From Macrostomum lignano (Eukaryota): a stretch of 61,239 bases of DNA. The stretch lies in NCBI GenBank assembly GCA_002269645.1, contig NIVC01000865.1, positions 49,162-110,400 of the forward strand, read 5' to 3'. Below the pieces are notes generated by a model, which did no database searches, had not been told where the DNA came from, and worked only from the letters and a program-made list of their open reading frames with translations. How positions within the stretch are numbered: the first letter of the stretch is position 1; the number at the start of each line of letters is the position of its first letter. Position numbers and translations under genes: made by a program. This document shows positions 23,088 to 35,300 of the stretch, in pieces.

Positions 23088-25989
23088 TCATCTTCCCAAT
23101 CGACGGAAGATTTTGTAGGCCAGGATGAAAATTCCGGCAACAACTACGACAATAACAGCGATGGCGAGGAATGCCACGATGAATGGCGACAGTAGGGCCA
23201 CGGCTATTATTAGTAGCAGAACAATGCCGACTGAAAAGAGAGGGAGCAATAAATCCGGTTGACAATGAGTCATAAATCAGGTAATGATTGTACCAGATAA
23301 TTTACGATTGATCTTCGACTAAAAAATCCACCTAGACTCAGTGAAAACTCTCACGCAGTCGAAGGCCTCGCATTGTGCGCCTGAGCGCGGGTCGGTCCCT
23401 CTGGTAGATGTAGCGGCATCCGAACACGCTTAGCGCGTCAGTGTGACCGCCAAAGATTGACTCGACGTGCTGTTGAGACATCAGCAAGTAGCAGCTCAAC
23501 TCCGGCGACCAGCTCTCGCCGCAGCGATAGCAGAAGACGTGCGAGCACTCGAGACAGCGGCTGCAGAACTCTTCTTGCTGGTGCTGCGCCGGTTGTAGCT
23601 GCTGTTGCTGCTGCTGTTGCTGCTGCTGGTGATGCAGATCGAGGCCCAGCGGCAGTGGAACCAGGGCGGAACATCGGGGACACTGTCGGGATCGGGACAG
23701 CTGCAGTCCACTGACCGGATCGGTGACCATCTCGGTGGTCATTTCCTCTAACCGGCGTTTCACAATCGGGCAGTGCAGGCCCACGTGTGACCGGGTGCCG
23801 CACAGGTAGCAGAAAACAACCTGGCACAGATCGCAGCGAGTTTCCCAATCGTAGGGAGTTCGGCGCACTGACGTCTCAGGCAGGGCAACGAAGTAGCGAC
23901 AAGACGGGCCGGGGCAGGGCCGAGCTAGCGGCACTGAACGATTGAACTCTTCCCAGAAGCGAAACTGTCGACAGAGTCGAGCGTTCCGGGAACGCTGGGC
24001 AGCTGCCTCGGCGAGGTCCAGGGGAACGCAGTCACCAGCGTGGTGTGGTGCTCTGCAGGCGTAACAGAATTCGTAACCGCAGCGCGAGCAGATGACGTGG
24101 TTGCAGCCGGAGTCCTTCTCAATCAGGACGCAGCATCGGGGGCAGCGTTGAGCTCGTCGTAGAATCTGCCCGTTCTCCGAATAGGTTACATTGCACCACT
24201 GCGCCAGCAGCTGGTCCTGGCTGCGCCGGAAGTTGGCGCAGCTGCGGTCTGCGTGGAGCGGAGCGTGACAGTCGAAACACCAGGCCTGTGGATTTGGTAA
24301 TTGTGTGTTTGTAAATGAAGATGGTGAGCATATGTTGTTGCACATGCAGGAAAGTATTCTAACCAAATTGGTTTTATTGTTGGTCGTGCAACGGCTTGGT
24401 GAGTCTAATGCACTCCAGAGCTGGTATACAAGGTCAATGCAGTTACCTGAAAGCAACGCTGGCAGGCAACTGTGCAGGCAACTGTGGAGACATCGTCAGT
24501 GTCTTCACCGCTAGGATTTGGTACCGACTCGGCACCAGTAGTTGGCTGCTGTTGAAGGGCCCCCATCGGGGGCTGCGTCTGCTGCGAAGGCGTTGGTGGT
24601 GGTCGAGGCGTCAGGAGGCCGCAGTGTGGGCAGGTCCGGCTGTCCGAGCCCACCGCCTGGTCTGCCAGCCGACGATCAAGCAGCGTCAGCAGCTGCCGGT
24701 TAAAAATCGGACCATTGTCGCCATAGTAACCACTGCAGCAGTTGGCCAACAGAAAGCGCAGCTGAGCAACGCTGAAAACGGCCTCGGCAGGGCAGAGCGG
24801 ACACGGCGGCGGCTGCGGCCGGCCCTCCAGCAGGCGCGAGCGAGCATGGTCAGCGAGGCATGCAAGGCAGACCCGCTGGCGGCAGCAAGGAGTCAAAGCC
24901 AGTGGTCGTCCGGGCTCCAGACAGACTCGATCGCAGGTACCGATGGCCAGGACTCCCAGTCCCTCTGGCAGAGACAGTCGGGCTGTCAACTCATCAGCGA
25001 GAGCTGTTGTCCACAACGACAGCCAGCAGTCGACATCGTTCAGTGCAGCGCGCAGGCACAGATGAAAGATTCGGCCGCTGCCAGCACGGTCACTGCCGTC
25101 GGTTTCAGCGTCGTTTCCAATGTCATCGGAATTGACATCCGCTTGAATGGCTGCCTTGAGGACAGCCAGACGGTCTCGCTGGCCAGCCGTGTCGGCCACA
25201 GCGGAGACACACAGCAGATCTATGAGCAATCCGGACTCGAAACCGGCGAACCGACGATTTTGGCGGTGCCGCAGGCGATGAAACTGTCGCCAGCAGAGGC
25301 GACGGGACCAGGCGGTGAACCTCTGAGCCGCTTCTGCGGCTGCCGCTGCTGTTACTGCAGCTTCTGTGTCGTCGTTATCCGCAGCAGTGTCAGCATAGAA
25401 CCGACTGCCTAAAGATAAAATGTTGGACTGCATTCGTTTGGTTGGAAAAATATTTTTATGATAGCTTGAGAAGCGTCTGAAAAATGCACTATTAAACTTT
25501 GTGACGGTTGGTAAGGTAACCAAGCACAGAACTCGTTGTGAGTCTATTGACGACCCGGCATCATGCTGTACAGGACACGCTTCATAGACCAACCCCAAGA
25601 AGTTTAAACTTAAATAATTCACTGAGCATACCTAGCAGAGCCCGAACGATCCGCCACGGGCCCATCGATCCGGAGATTGACAGGCTGCTATTGTCAGCGT
25701 CACTTAACTCTTCCGCGTCGTCCTGCACGTCTGCCAAATCACCTGGCATGTGTTTCTGGTAGTCGCCCAGCTGCCCATCATCAGCTTGGCTGTCTTTGGC
25801 GGGGCGATCGCGCTTCTCCCCGTCGTCATCGTCATCGTTGCCAGTACTTTCCGCGTCGGAAGCGGCCGACGATGCATCGCTGGCCTCCATGGCGATGTTG
25901 ACGTGACCGCAGCCTCCGGAAGGCCCGACCGACTTCGGGCCGCTCAGCTGCTGCAGCCGGCCCTTCAAAGCTGTCTGAAGTTGCTCCAT
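23088..25989 (-). CDS. RNF217: RNF217-like RBR E3 ubiquitin ligase with an extra IBR/RING2-like pair and C-terminal TM (797 aa)
   Basis: Exons 25989-25632, 25408-24447, 24285-23355 and 23230-23088 have GT-AG boundaries and compatible phases (2394 nt). RING1-like CDRVC..CC..C..C, IBR, RING2 CPRC..IEKDSGCNHVIC. The C-terminal FGGHTDALSVFGCRY..RPALRR..RG plus hydrophobic tail matches the RNF217 signature FGDHxSxLSIFGCKY..RPxLRR..RG as I recall it. Confidence 0.82.
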
Positions 25990-27181
25990 TCGCGATTCTT
26001 CAACCAGAATTTGAGAGTGAATCGGGGACTCTCAAGCTGGGCAATGGATTCGAACCTAGTTTTACCTGCCTTGCTTTTTCACATCCGTGATGTCTCGTCC
26101 AACTGGGGTGGAATTGAAGAGGACTTCGATTTCTCTCCCATACCCAGATAATCCCTAATCCTGCAGCGCTTCTCGCGTCTGGCCTCGAGGGGGAAGCGAA
26201 ACTCGCTTTTTGGGTGGGTTGAGATGAGGCTGGGCGGGGAGGCTGGGCCAGAGCCGAGTCGTGAGGAGGCGCGGGGACGAATGAGGTTAACGCGGCGACT
26301 CCGGTTTGGGAAAAGCGGGACGGAGGTAAGAGGAGACGAGATTGAGCGAGGGAGTGAGACAGAGAAACTGCAGCGGGGAAGAGCGGGAGAGTGTGGAGAG
26401 GAAACAAGTATTGGGAAGACGGAGGACCGACCGGCCACCCGCCTCACTGCTTCATTCCTTGTGACATCCTGCTTCCAGACCAGCGGGCCCGGGACGAAGG
26501 TGGGTTACTTTTAAGAGCGATTCGGGAGAGTCTGTCTCCTGCGGGAAAGTGAGCTGGATCTTGGAATAAATATGGCCAGTTAATATACAAGAAATGGCTG
26601 CTCCATGCTGGTGCAGCTTTTTGAATTGCATGTAGTTTAAAAGTTAAAATCTTAGACAAAGCGGAAAAATATATTTTTTAAGGCAGTTTATTAGTTTAAA
26701 CAATGATGCACAACGATGCTTAATAGCGATGCTATAAACATTTAATTTGTACTATCAGTAGAGTGCAATGCATTATTCGACAGCTCATTACGAGAATTAC
26801 TTAACAAGCAAAGTAGGGGTGCATTCAAAGACCAGTTTTGCTGCATTGAGATTTGAAAAGACGCGCGTTGTCTACAGACAAGCAGCTTCAGCAGCAATGT
26901 TTCTTGGCCAGCTTGCAGCCACTGGGTGGAAGCTGGACTTTCGTGCGTTGAGAAACTCGGGACCAGTCAAGCAGTGGGCGATTTCGACCACCGAACTGCT
27001 GCTTTTTCGACCGACATCCACTCTCAGCTTCTAACTGGTCGCTGGAAAAGTGGAAATTCGCAGTTTTATTTTACTGTATTAAGCATGAGTTTCTATACTA
27101 TGTGGTAGATTAATTTCGCTTCTCACCTGCTACTCGTAAAGCCAGAGTCAACCGAGTCAACAGCTCCCGACGAAGTTGTTG

Positions 27182-28099
27182 TTGTTACACTTTTGCGACG
27201 CTGTCGACCTTGCGGTGTCTGTTGCTGCTTGGCGTACTGTTGACGATGCTGCCCGTGAAGGTCCGCGGAGCACAAGCTGGATGAGTGCGCGCCATCGGGA
27301 AGAGCTGAGCTGGAGGAGCACCTGCGGGGAAAAATGGGAAGTAGATGTAAAATTAAAAGTCCCTAGTTCTGTTTCATTGAGAAGTTCGTCAGCTCATCCT
27401 CTACTACGATTGCTACGCTCGTATCATTTATATTCAGAAACGGATCTTGTGGATCTTTTAGCTTTGGTTTTTTGCTTACCTCGCTGATAAATTTTGCGGT
27501 TTAACAGAAGGTCGCTGGCTGCGAGCTCGTTTGTCATATCCACACTTCACTGAAGCCTCCTTGTGGATCGTCCGATCGTCACCATTGTGACTGGTAGAAG
27601 TTTCAATGGAAAGTCCACGACGTCGAAAATACTGGGCCACCCGACAAGGCAACTCGGCTTCGGCGTTTGTCGCTCCGGCCGCTGCTGCAGTCTCGGCTGA
27701 AGCAAGTCGTCGCCTTTGCTTTGCGACCCGACGGCGGAACCTGGCGTTGCTCGGGTGCTCCCAAGTGGACTGTCCGCTGCTGCTGTTGAAGTAATAGAGC
27801 ACCCAGCCTGGCTCCGGGTCCGCCGTTTTACCAACCTCGTCAACTGGTAAAAGCAGTTGAACAGCCTGCCAGCCTGGAGGCAGAGGGGATGTCAGTCCAG
27901 CAAGGGCCAGGCTTCTCAACTCGGGCTCCTGGTCAAGATCGATGCCCAACTCGTGTAGAGCATAAAGCCTCAGCTCGGATTCGGTTGGCGGCGTGCAGTT
28001 TTCCGATGGAATTTCTTCCAGAAGTATCTGACGAATTCCATGTCTTCGGCAGCTGATCTCGCCGATCGAAGACTTTTGCTGACTGACATTCTTGTCCAT
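27182..28099 (-). CDS. Short protein consisting of a CEP164-type N-terminal/WW domain
   Basis: ORF 28099-27476: ILLEE..PTESELRLYALHELGIDLDQEPELRSLALAGLTSPLPPGW...YYFNSSSGQSTWEHP resembles the CEP164 N-terminus (VLEE..PSEQEI..IGIDP..EPEL..LA..G..APLP..W..YYFN...GQS.W.HP). A possible short second exon follows ttccccgcAG near 27321 and stops near 27182. The 3' structure is uncertain. Confidence 0.65.
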
Positions 28100-29087
28100 T
28101 CGTCTGCTGTCGCGTTTGCGCTCGTTAGAGCGTAGCTTTCACAAGCCCCAATTTGAGTGGGTGGGCTCGAGTATTTATGCAGATTTGGGCTAAAAATAGC
28201 TCAGGGTGTGTTGAGGACTTTTTGGTATTTGCCTACTAGTTTTTGAATAGCAGAATAGAATCTCTAATAAACGTATCTTAGATGATGAACAGTCATCGTG
28301 CTGAATCTATGGATAAAGACCGTGATGGAGTTATTATTTCTAGGTAGAGACTGATCCTATGGCTTAACCACTGAGTGGAGAACGCTTATTAGCACTGATT
28401 CCGGTATTTATTTTGGAATCTCTGATCGCTTTCGAATGCGCATCTGCGGCTAACGCGCACAACTTGTATTTTTACTTGTCTTTGAAAGCCTTTGCAGGCA
28501 GATAGCAAGCAGTAAAATTATTGTCAACAAGAGTAAAAGTGCACCGCGGCTGTTTAAAATACGAGTATTGCAATTTGGAGTTTTTATAAGTAGAGGCTAA
28601 TGTAGCTTGTATTAAATAAGTATACATATTAACAATTTTTTTGTCCAGCTGCAGTCTTTCGTCCAGTGGAGACATAAGCGAGCTCAACTCAGAGCGACAG
28701 ACTGTCTGGAACGTGTAAGGTCATTCTTCATAAAGCAGCTTGCTGTGTTCTACTCTTTTTTAGCGCATTGTCAATCTACTCAAATCTTGAGCTTTGACAG
28801 ATGGTGCATTTTGCCAGGTAATTGGGTGGTTGTTTTCGCTTGTTTCACCGCCGCGGGGTTTCACAGAGCCACTCTTCTTTAAATAAGCAGTGAATAAGTT
28901 ACTACTAAATATTCAAGTTAGTAGTAAAGTATGAGTAGTCTTTTTGATAGCATAGCAAAAGGGCCCAATTTTGTTACTTATCATATTGACAGTGCAGCAA
29001 GTGTGCTAAAATTTGTTATCCAAATATACGATTATAAATTGCTTATGTATTTAGAATGAATTATGTATTTAGAATGAACCATTCGAG

Positions 29088-29345
29088 TGTACAACTGCAA
29101 ATTCAGCGCGAAGAAACGCTCTCAGGTAGTCCAAGGAGTGTCTCTACCAAGTTGGCAAGGCCAGTTACAACCCGCTGACCAACAACTGTGAGCACTTCGT
29201 TCTAGGCGTGATCAGCGGGGAGAGTCAGCTACCAGACTCGCTGGTAGTTCAGGTGCCCAGGGGTATCCTTGGCAGCGCTCTGACTGGGTTCAGCGCTCAT
29301 CGACGGAGTCGGAATCGAGCTGTCTAGCTAAGCTTTACGACGACA
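29088..29345 (+). CDS. Exon of an LRAT/PLAAT (NlpC/P60-like) domain gene, possibly degenerate
   Basis: YNCKFSAKKRSQVVQ/ECLYQVGKASYNPLTNNCEHFV: the Y-x-L-x-x-NNCEHF motif lies at 29166-29198. One frameshift; donor GTGAG near 29346. Upstream exons were not reliably found. Confidence 0.55.
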
Positions 29346-30809
29346 GGTGAGAGTAGTGAAGGATACAACCGCTAAAGCAAAACATCAAGTCTAAGCCACT
29401 TAGACTTTTTTTTTAATCTAAATTTTGAAAAATCTAAATTTTTCAGATTTCTAGCCAGATTTGTACCGATATGGATCTCATTGAAATTACCGTGTCTGGG
29501 GGGGGGGGTTGAACTTACGCTCGTAAAGAGTGCCCGACTGGACTTCACCTGCACCAGAGAGTTCGCGGGTTGGAGTCCGTTTTCGATGTAAGTTCTTGTT
29601 GAAGTGCGCCAGCTGCGGCAAGAGTCCTGATGTGCAATTCCAGCGGGATGTCACGTCTCCGAAGGAGGAGTTTCGGAGAGCATCTGCGACTGCTCGCACG
29701 CAATGAAGGCTCCGGTGTTACTGCGGCCTCAGGAACTCGCATCGACGGATGACGCGGAGTTGAGCGAGTAGGGAGAAACTTTGAGCAATTCCCGCATTAT
29801 TAAAAATCGAATTTTAAGAGAATTTGGACCCATATAAGCCTTACAACAGTAGTTCATGGATTGTTTTTCATTCAATACTTTTCAACACTTGGGCTCTTTT
29901 GCTTTAAAATTGTCATTGAACCGTTTTTAAACTCCAGTTATTGATTTAACTTCGATTTCCATTGTAAAGATTATGAAATTACTGAAATACAAATATGCTG
30001 AGAAATGGTCTCTGCAAATGCAAGTCCATATTGAGTTATTTTTCCCAGTTGATATACTATGGGGGATCCTGGATGAACTCAACTTTGGAACTTGACCGGG
30101 TGAAACCAGTGCATCTTGCAAAGTCCCGTACAGTAAGGACTCAAGCAGAGGCCCTGAAAGATAAGAAAAGCGTTGACAAATTGCTCTAAAATAGGGAATG
30201 TAGCGCGAGGACAAGGGTTTTCAACTTCTATTGACGACGAGTCTCTTGATCACCTGCTCGCTACCGTCTTTATATAGGATTTTATTTAAGCTTTTGATTA
30301 TTTTAGGGTCCAAACTTATGCATTTAACTTGCTCCGTATGGTGGTACACTAAGTATAGGACGCTTTTATTACGAGCGTAGAAATTTACTGTATTTGATTA
30401 CCGTATATTGTTGTTTATGACACAGGGTTGCTTCTAACCATAAAAATATATAGAATATATTTATGAAATAGTTATAATGACATACACCTCATCTCATTCA
30501 GTGAATAGCAGTAAATGAAGGGATATTTTCACGCGATGCCCACAGCATCCGATGAAGCAGATCGACAGCTTCAGTTGCTTTCATAAAAATCCCGTTTCGG
30601 ATTGAACTCGAAACAGCTACGATGCCAACAGCCTCCAGACTATCGCCTGATGCAGTTACAAGTATGTGTACAGCTGTCCTGATCATTCCACAGCTTCATA
30701 CGGCAGAATTCTCAGCTATCAGGTTCCACAGACGATGTCGGCTAGTGAACATTGTCTTTAGACTCTAAAAGCGAATAATTAAGAATGCTGAATTTCCCGA
30801 ACTTCATGT

Positions 30810-31312
30810 GCGAGATATGAGCAGATATTGTAGTTTAATGTGTGAGATATGAGCAGATATTGTAACTCCACGTGCAAGATATGAGCAAATATTGTAATTT
30901 TAATCTGCGAAATATTAGCAGATATTGTATTTTAATCTATGAGATAAGAGCAGATATTGTAGTTTAATCTGCAGGATATGAGCAGATATTGTAGTTTAAT
31001 CTGCAGGATATGAGCAGATATTGTAGTTTAATCCGCGAGATATGAGCAGATATTGTAGTTTAATTTGCGAGATATGAGCAGATATTTTAGTTTAATCTGC
31101 GAGATATGAGCAGATATTGTAGTTTAATCTGCGAGATATGAGCAGATATTGCAGTTTAATCTGCGAGATATGAGCAGATATTGCAGTTTAATCTGCGAGA
31201 TATGAGCAGATATTGTAGTTTAATCTGCAAGATATGAGCAGATATTGTAGTTTAATCTGCGAGATATGAGCAGATATTTTAGTTTAATCTGCGAGATATG
31301 AGCAGATATTGT
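30810..31312. repeat. ~32-bp minisatellite (GAGATATGAGCAGATATTGTAGTTTAATCTGC), ~16 units
   Basis: Direct reading. Confidence 0.92.
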
Positions 31313-32320
31313 ACGCGGTCGGTACAAATTAATTTCACCGACTTCCGTCAGGTCACGGCCCCCCCCCCCCAACTACTCAGCAAAGTTGCTGTCGACAGCG
31401 ACCTTCCAGTCTCGCAGTTGGAGATGCTGCTGCCACAGCTTGCTGAGCGCTTGCTGAGCAAATATAGGACCCCGTCAAGTGCATCGAATCAAAGAAACGA
31501 ACACAAAAACAAGAATTAAATTTGATTTTTTCGAGCTTTTAACGCACAACAGTAAAAACTTTGAAACACAATGAGAAAGTTTATATCGAATGTATTTTAC
31601 GTCTCGCGAAAGTAGGTAAAAATTAGGGGGAACAAAGAAGGTCAGAGCTCGCATTGACACAGCTGGAAACAGGTCTTGTAAGACAGGCGACTAACAGGCT
31701 AAAAGTTATGTAACAACAAGTATAGCGCACAAGGAACATTGCTATATAGCATTTTGCAGCCTATTTGGGCTTAAGACAGAAGCATTTAACTTGGTCCATA
31801 GCGGCTGTGAAAGCCAACTCGTGAGTGATAGCTGTGTGATGCAATATATTTGAGCAGATTTCACTGTACTGATAAGGTGACGTCAATAAAATGCCATCTA
31901 CTCAACTGTAACAAAAATTCAAAAAGAGAATTTTAGTGACCAAATCAAATACCAGCCAATTGCTACCATAGACAAAAGCTCCTTGACTTTAACAAACATA
32001 CGGGCACTATCATACCTGCCGAAATTTTGTCTGTGGTCGAAAGTCCACACGTGTCTGCATCAGCTTTGACTCCGCTTGTCACTGGCCTTCACCCAGGCGG
32101 AGCTTCTGGACCTTCAACAGGTAGCAACAGATTGCCTCAAGTTCTACTGTTAATTTCAATGCGTTTAAAGCCCAAATAGGCTGCAAAAAGCTATTATTAT
32201 GAAAACTAATCAAAAAGTCAAAACAAGAGAAAAAGAGAAAAGCAACAAAGAAGAAATCAGATTTGCACATAGACAGTTGGTTAAGCATCGAGAAGAGCCG
32301 CCTTAACTTACTCAGCCAGG

Positions 32321-35300
32321 TTAAATCTTATTTATCTTTGGCCGGCTCCTCACTCTCGGTCGAAGTCTCCTCAGCAGCAGCAGCGGCGGCTGCGGGGCGG
32401 CCGGACGCGGCCAGGCGCGGGCGAACAGCTGGCACCAGGCCAGCAGCCAGCAGGGCAGCAGCATCAGACAGTTCAGCCGGTAGGTGAAGCTGCCCAACAG
32501 CTGGCCTTCAACGTAGCCCTGCAGAGCGCCGTACTCGGCGCAGGTCCACGCCGACACTAAGCTTCTGGCTCCGCCGGCGGCATAGCAACCGCCTAGCAAC
32601 AGGCCGATTGGCGAAGCAGCCGCCAAGGCGACGGCGCCGATGCCGAACCGAAGGACTGCCGGCAGTCTGTCGGGCCCGGCAGCCAGCAGGCAGACGGGTG
32701 CCAGGGGCAGGGCGGAGAGGAAGGCCAGGCCGAAGTTCACCAGCGACACCGCGCCAAGGCTGAGGCCCAGCGACAGGCAGGCAGCGAGGCGGAGCGCGCC
32801 AGGGTGGCAGGCGACGATCATGTTGGGGAACATCAGCGGAAAGGCGGCGGCCATCGCCTGCGGGAGGGCAGAGGTCAGCGGACTGAACTGCCTAATTGAT
32901 CTACCGAACTGCCTAATTGAAGATGGCTTGACGGATTAACTAGATGGCTTGACGGATTAACTACTGGATGCGATTATACATGGCTTGACGGATTAATTAC
33001 ATGGCTTGACGGATTAACTACATGGCTTGCCGGATTACTAATGGCTTGACGGATTAACTACATGGCTTGACGGATTAACATGTGGTTTGCTGATTAACTA
33101 ATGGCTTGACGGATTAATTACATGGCTTGACGGATTAACTACATGGCTTGACGGATTAACTACATGGCTTGACGGATTAACTACATGGCTTGACGGATTA
33201 ACTAGATAACTTGACGGATTAACTAAATGGCTTGACGGATTAATTACATGGCTAACGGATTAAACTAGATACACTTGACGGATTAACTAATGGCTTGGAC
33301 GGATTAACCATGTGGTTTGCCTGATTAACTACATGGCTTGACGGATTAACTAGTGGCTTGACGGATTAACCATGTGGTTTGCCTGATTAACTACATGGCT
33401 TGACGGATTAACTAGATGGCTTGACGGATTAACCATGTGGTTTGCTGATTAACTACATGGCTTGACGGATTAACTAGATGGCTTGACGGATTAACTAGAT
33501 GGCTTGACGGATTAACTAGATGGCTTGACGGATTAACCATGTGGTTTGCCTGATTAACTACATGGCTTGACGGATTAACTAGATGGATTGATGGTCTTTA
33601 TAATGTCACGTCAATAAATGGGAGTTATTCATGGGGTGTGGAATATTTAAGGGACGTTAAATCTTTGAGGAATCTAATATATTTAAGGGGTGTGGGGTAT
33701 TTAACGGGTGCGGGATATCTAAGGGCTGTAGGATATTTAAGGGGTGTAGGTATTTAAGGGGTGTAGGGTTTTTAAGGGGTGTATGGTATTTAAGGGGTGT
33801 AGGGTTTTAAGGGGTGTAGGGTAATTAAGGGGTGTAGGGTATTTAAGGGGTGTAGGGTATTTAAGGGGTGTAGGGTATTTAAGGAGTGTAGGGTATTTAT
33901 TTAAGGGGTGTCGGTATTTAAGGGTGTGGGGTGGACGTGTCGGTCGTCCGGCTAGTCGTACGGCCGCGGGCCCAGCTACGCCTTCCGCGCCGCCAGGACT
34001 ACTTCATCCGGCCACGGTGGTTGCGGTCGTCCGGCTTCGTCGGCCGGTACTGCGTGTCGGCCCGGTGGCCCGGCTGGTGGCGGCGGCGGCCGCGAAAAGC
34101 CGAAACAGCTGCGCAGCGGTAGCGGCTTTGGCTGTTGGTTTCTCAGCTATCGCCGCTCCCGCTCCCGCTCGTCATGCTGTGGCTCACCGCCCCACATCAG
34201 CGGCTACGAGTGCATGGCTAGCTAGCGGCCGTCCCGCATCTTCTTTTTCCTGACCACCTTGGCGAGGACGTCGCAACAAGTTGCTCGCGGTCTAGCGGAG
34301 GTGCTGCCGCGGCCGGCAGGCCACCGGCTCCTCCTCCTCCTCCGCCGCGCTGGAAGCGGCGAGTCGGGCTGCCGCCCTTACAGCTTGCCGTCCTTGTCCG
34401 GCACCTCCCTCCGCCCCGACGGCGACCGGACACCCCACCGCCAAGTTTCTCATCGCTTGTACTGAGTGACTTAGATGAGTACTGAGTGACTTAGATGAGT
34501 ACTGAGTGACTTAGATGAGTACTGAGTGACTTAGATGATTACTGAGTGACTTAGATGAATACTGAGTGAATTAGATGAGTACTGAGTGACTTAGATGAGT
34601 ACTGAGTGACTTAGATAGATACTGAGTGATTTAGATCGATACTGAGTGACTTAGATGGGTACAGAGTGACTTAGATGGGTACTGAGTGACTTAGATGGGT
34701 ACTGAGTGACTTACAGAGTGACTTAAATGGGTACTGAGTGACTTAGATAGGTACTGCGTGACTTACAGAGTGACTTAAATGGGTACTGAGTGACTTAGAT
34801 AGGTACTGCGTGACTTAGATAGATACTGAGTGATTTAGATCGATACTGAGTGACTTAGATGGGTACAGAGTGACTTAGATGAGCACTGAGTGACTTAAAT
34901 GAGTACTGAGTGACTTAGATGAGTACTGAGTGACTTAGATGAATACTGAGTGAATTAGATGAGTACTGAGTGAATTAGATGAGTACTGAGTGACTTAGAT
35001 AGATACTGAGTGATTTAGATCGATACTGAGTGACTTAGATGGGTACAGAGTGACTTAGATGGGTACTGAGTGACTTACAGAGTGACTTAAATGGGTACCG
35101 AGTGACTTAGATAGGTACTGCGTGACTTAGATAGATACTGAGTGATTTAGATCGATACTGAGTGACTTAGATGGGTACAGAGTGACTTAGATGGGTACTG
35201 AGTGACTTAGATGAGTACTGAGTGACTTAGATGAGTACTGAGTGACTTAGATGAGTACTGAGTGACTTAGATGAGTACTGAGTGACTTAGATGATTACTG

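Noticed and set aside
24396-25412. 338-aa plus-strand ORF and other antisense ORFs over the RBR, LINE and LRRC9 genes
   Set aside because: Shadow ORFs of GC-rich coding sequence on the opposite strand.
33924-34465. GC-rich ORFs called by the track at 33924-34465 and the tail of ORF 36649-36969
   Set aside because: They are by-products of the complemented GPAA1 exons and have no recognisable motifs.
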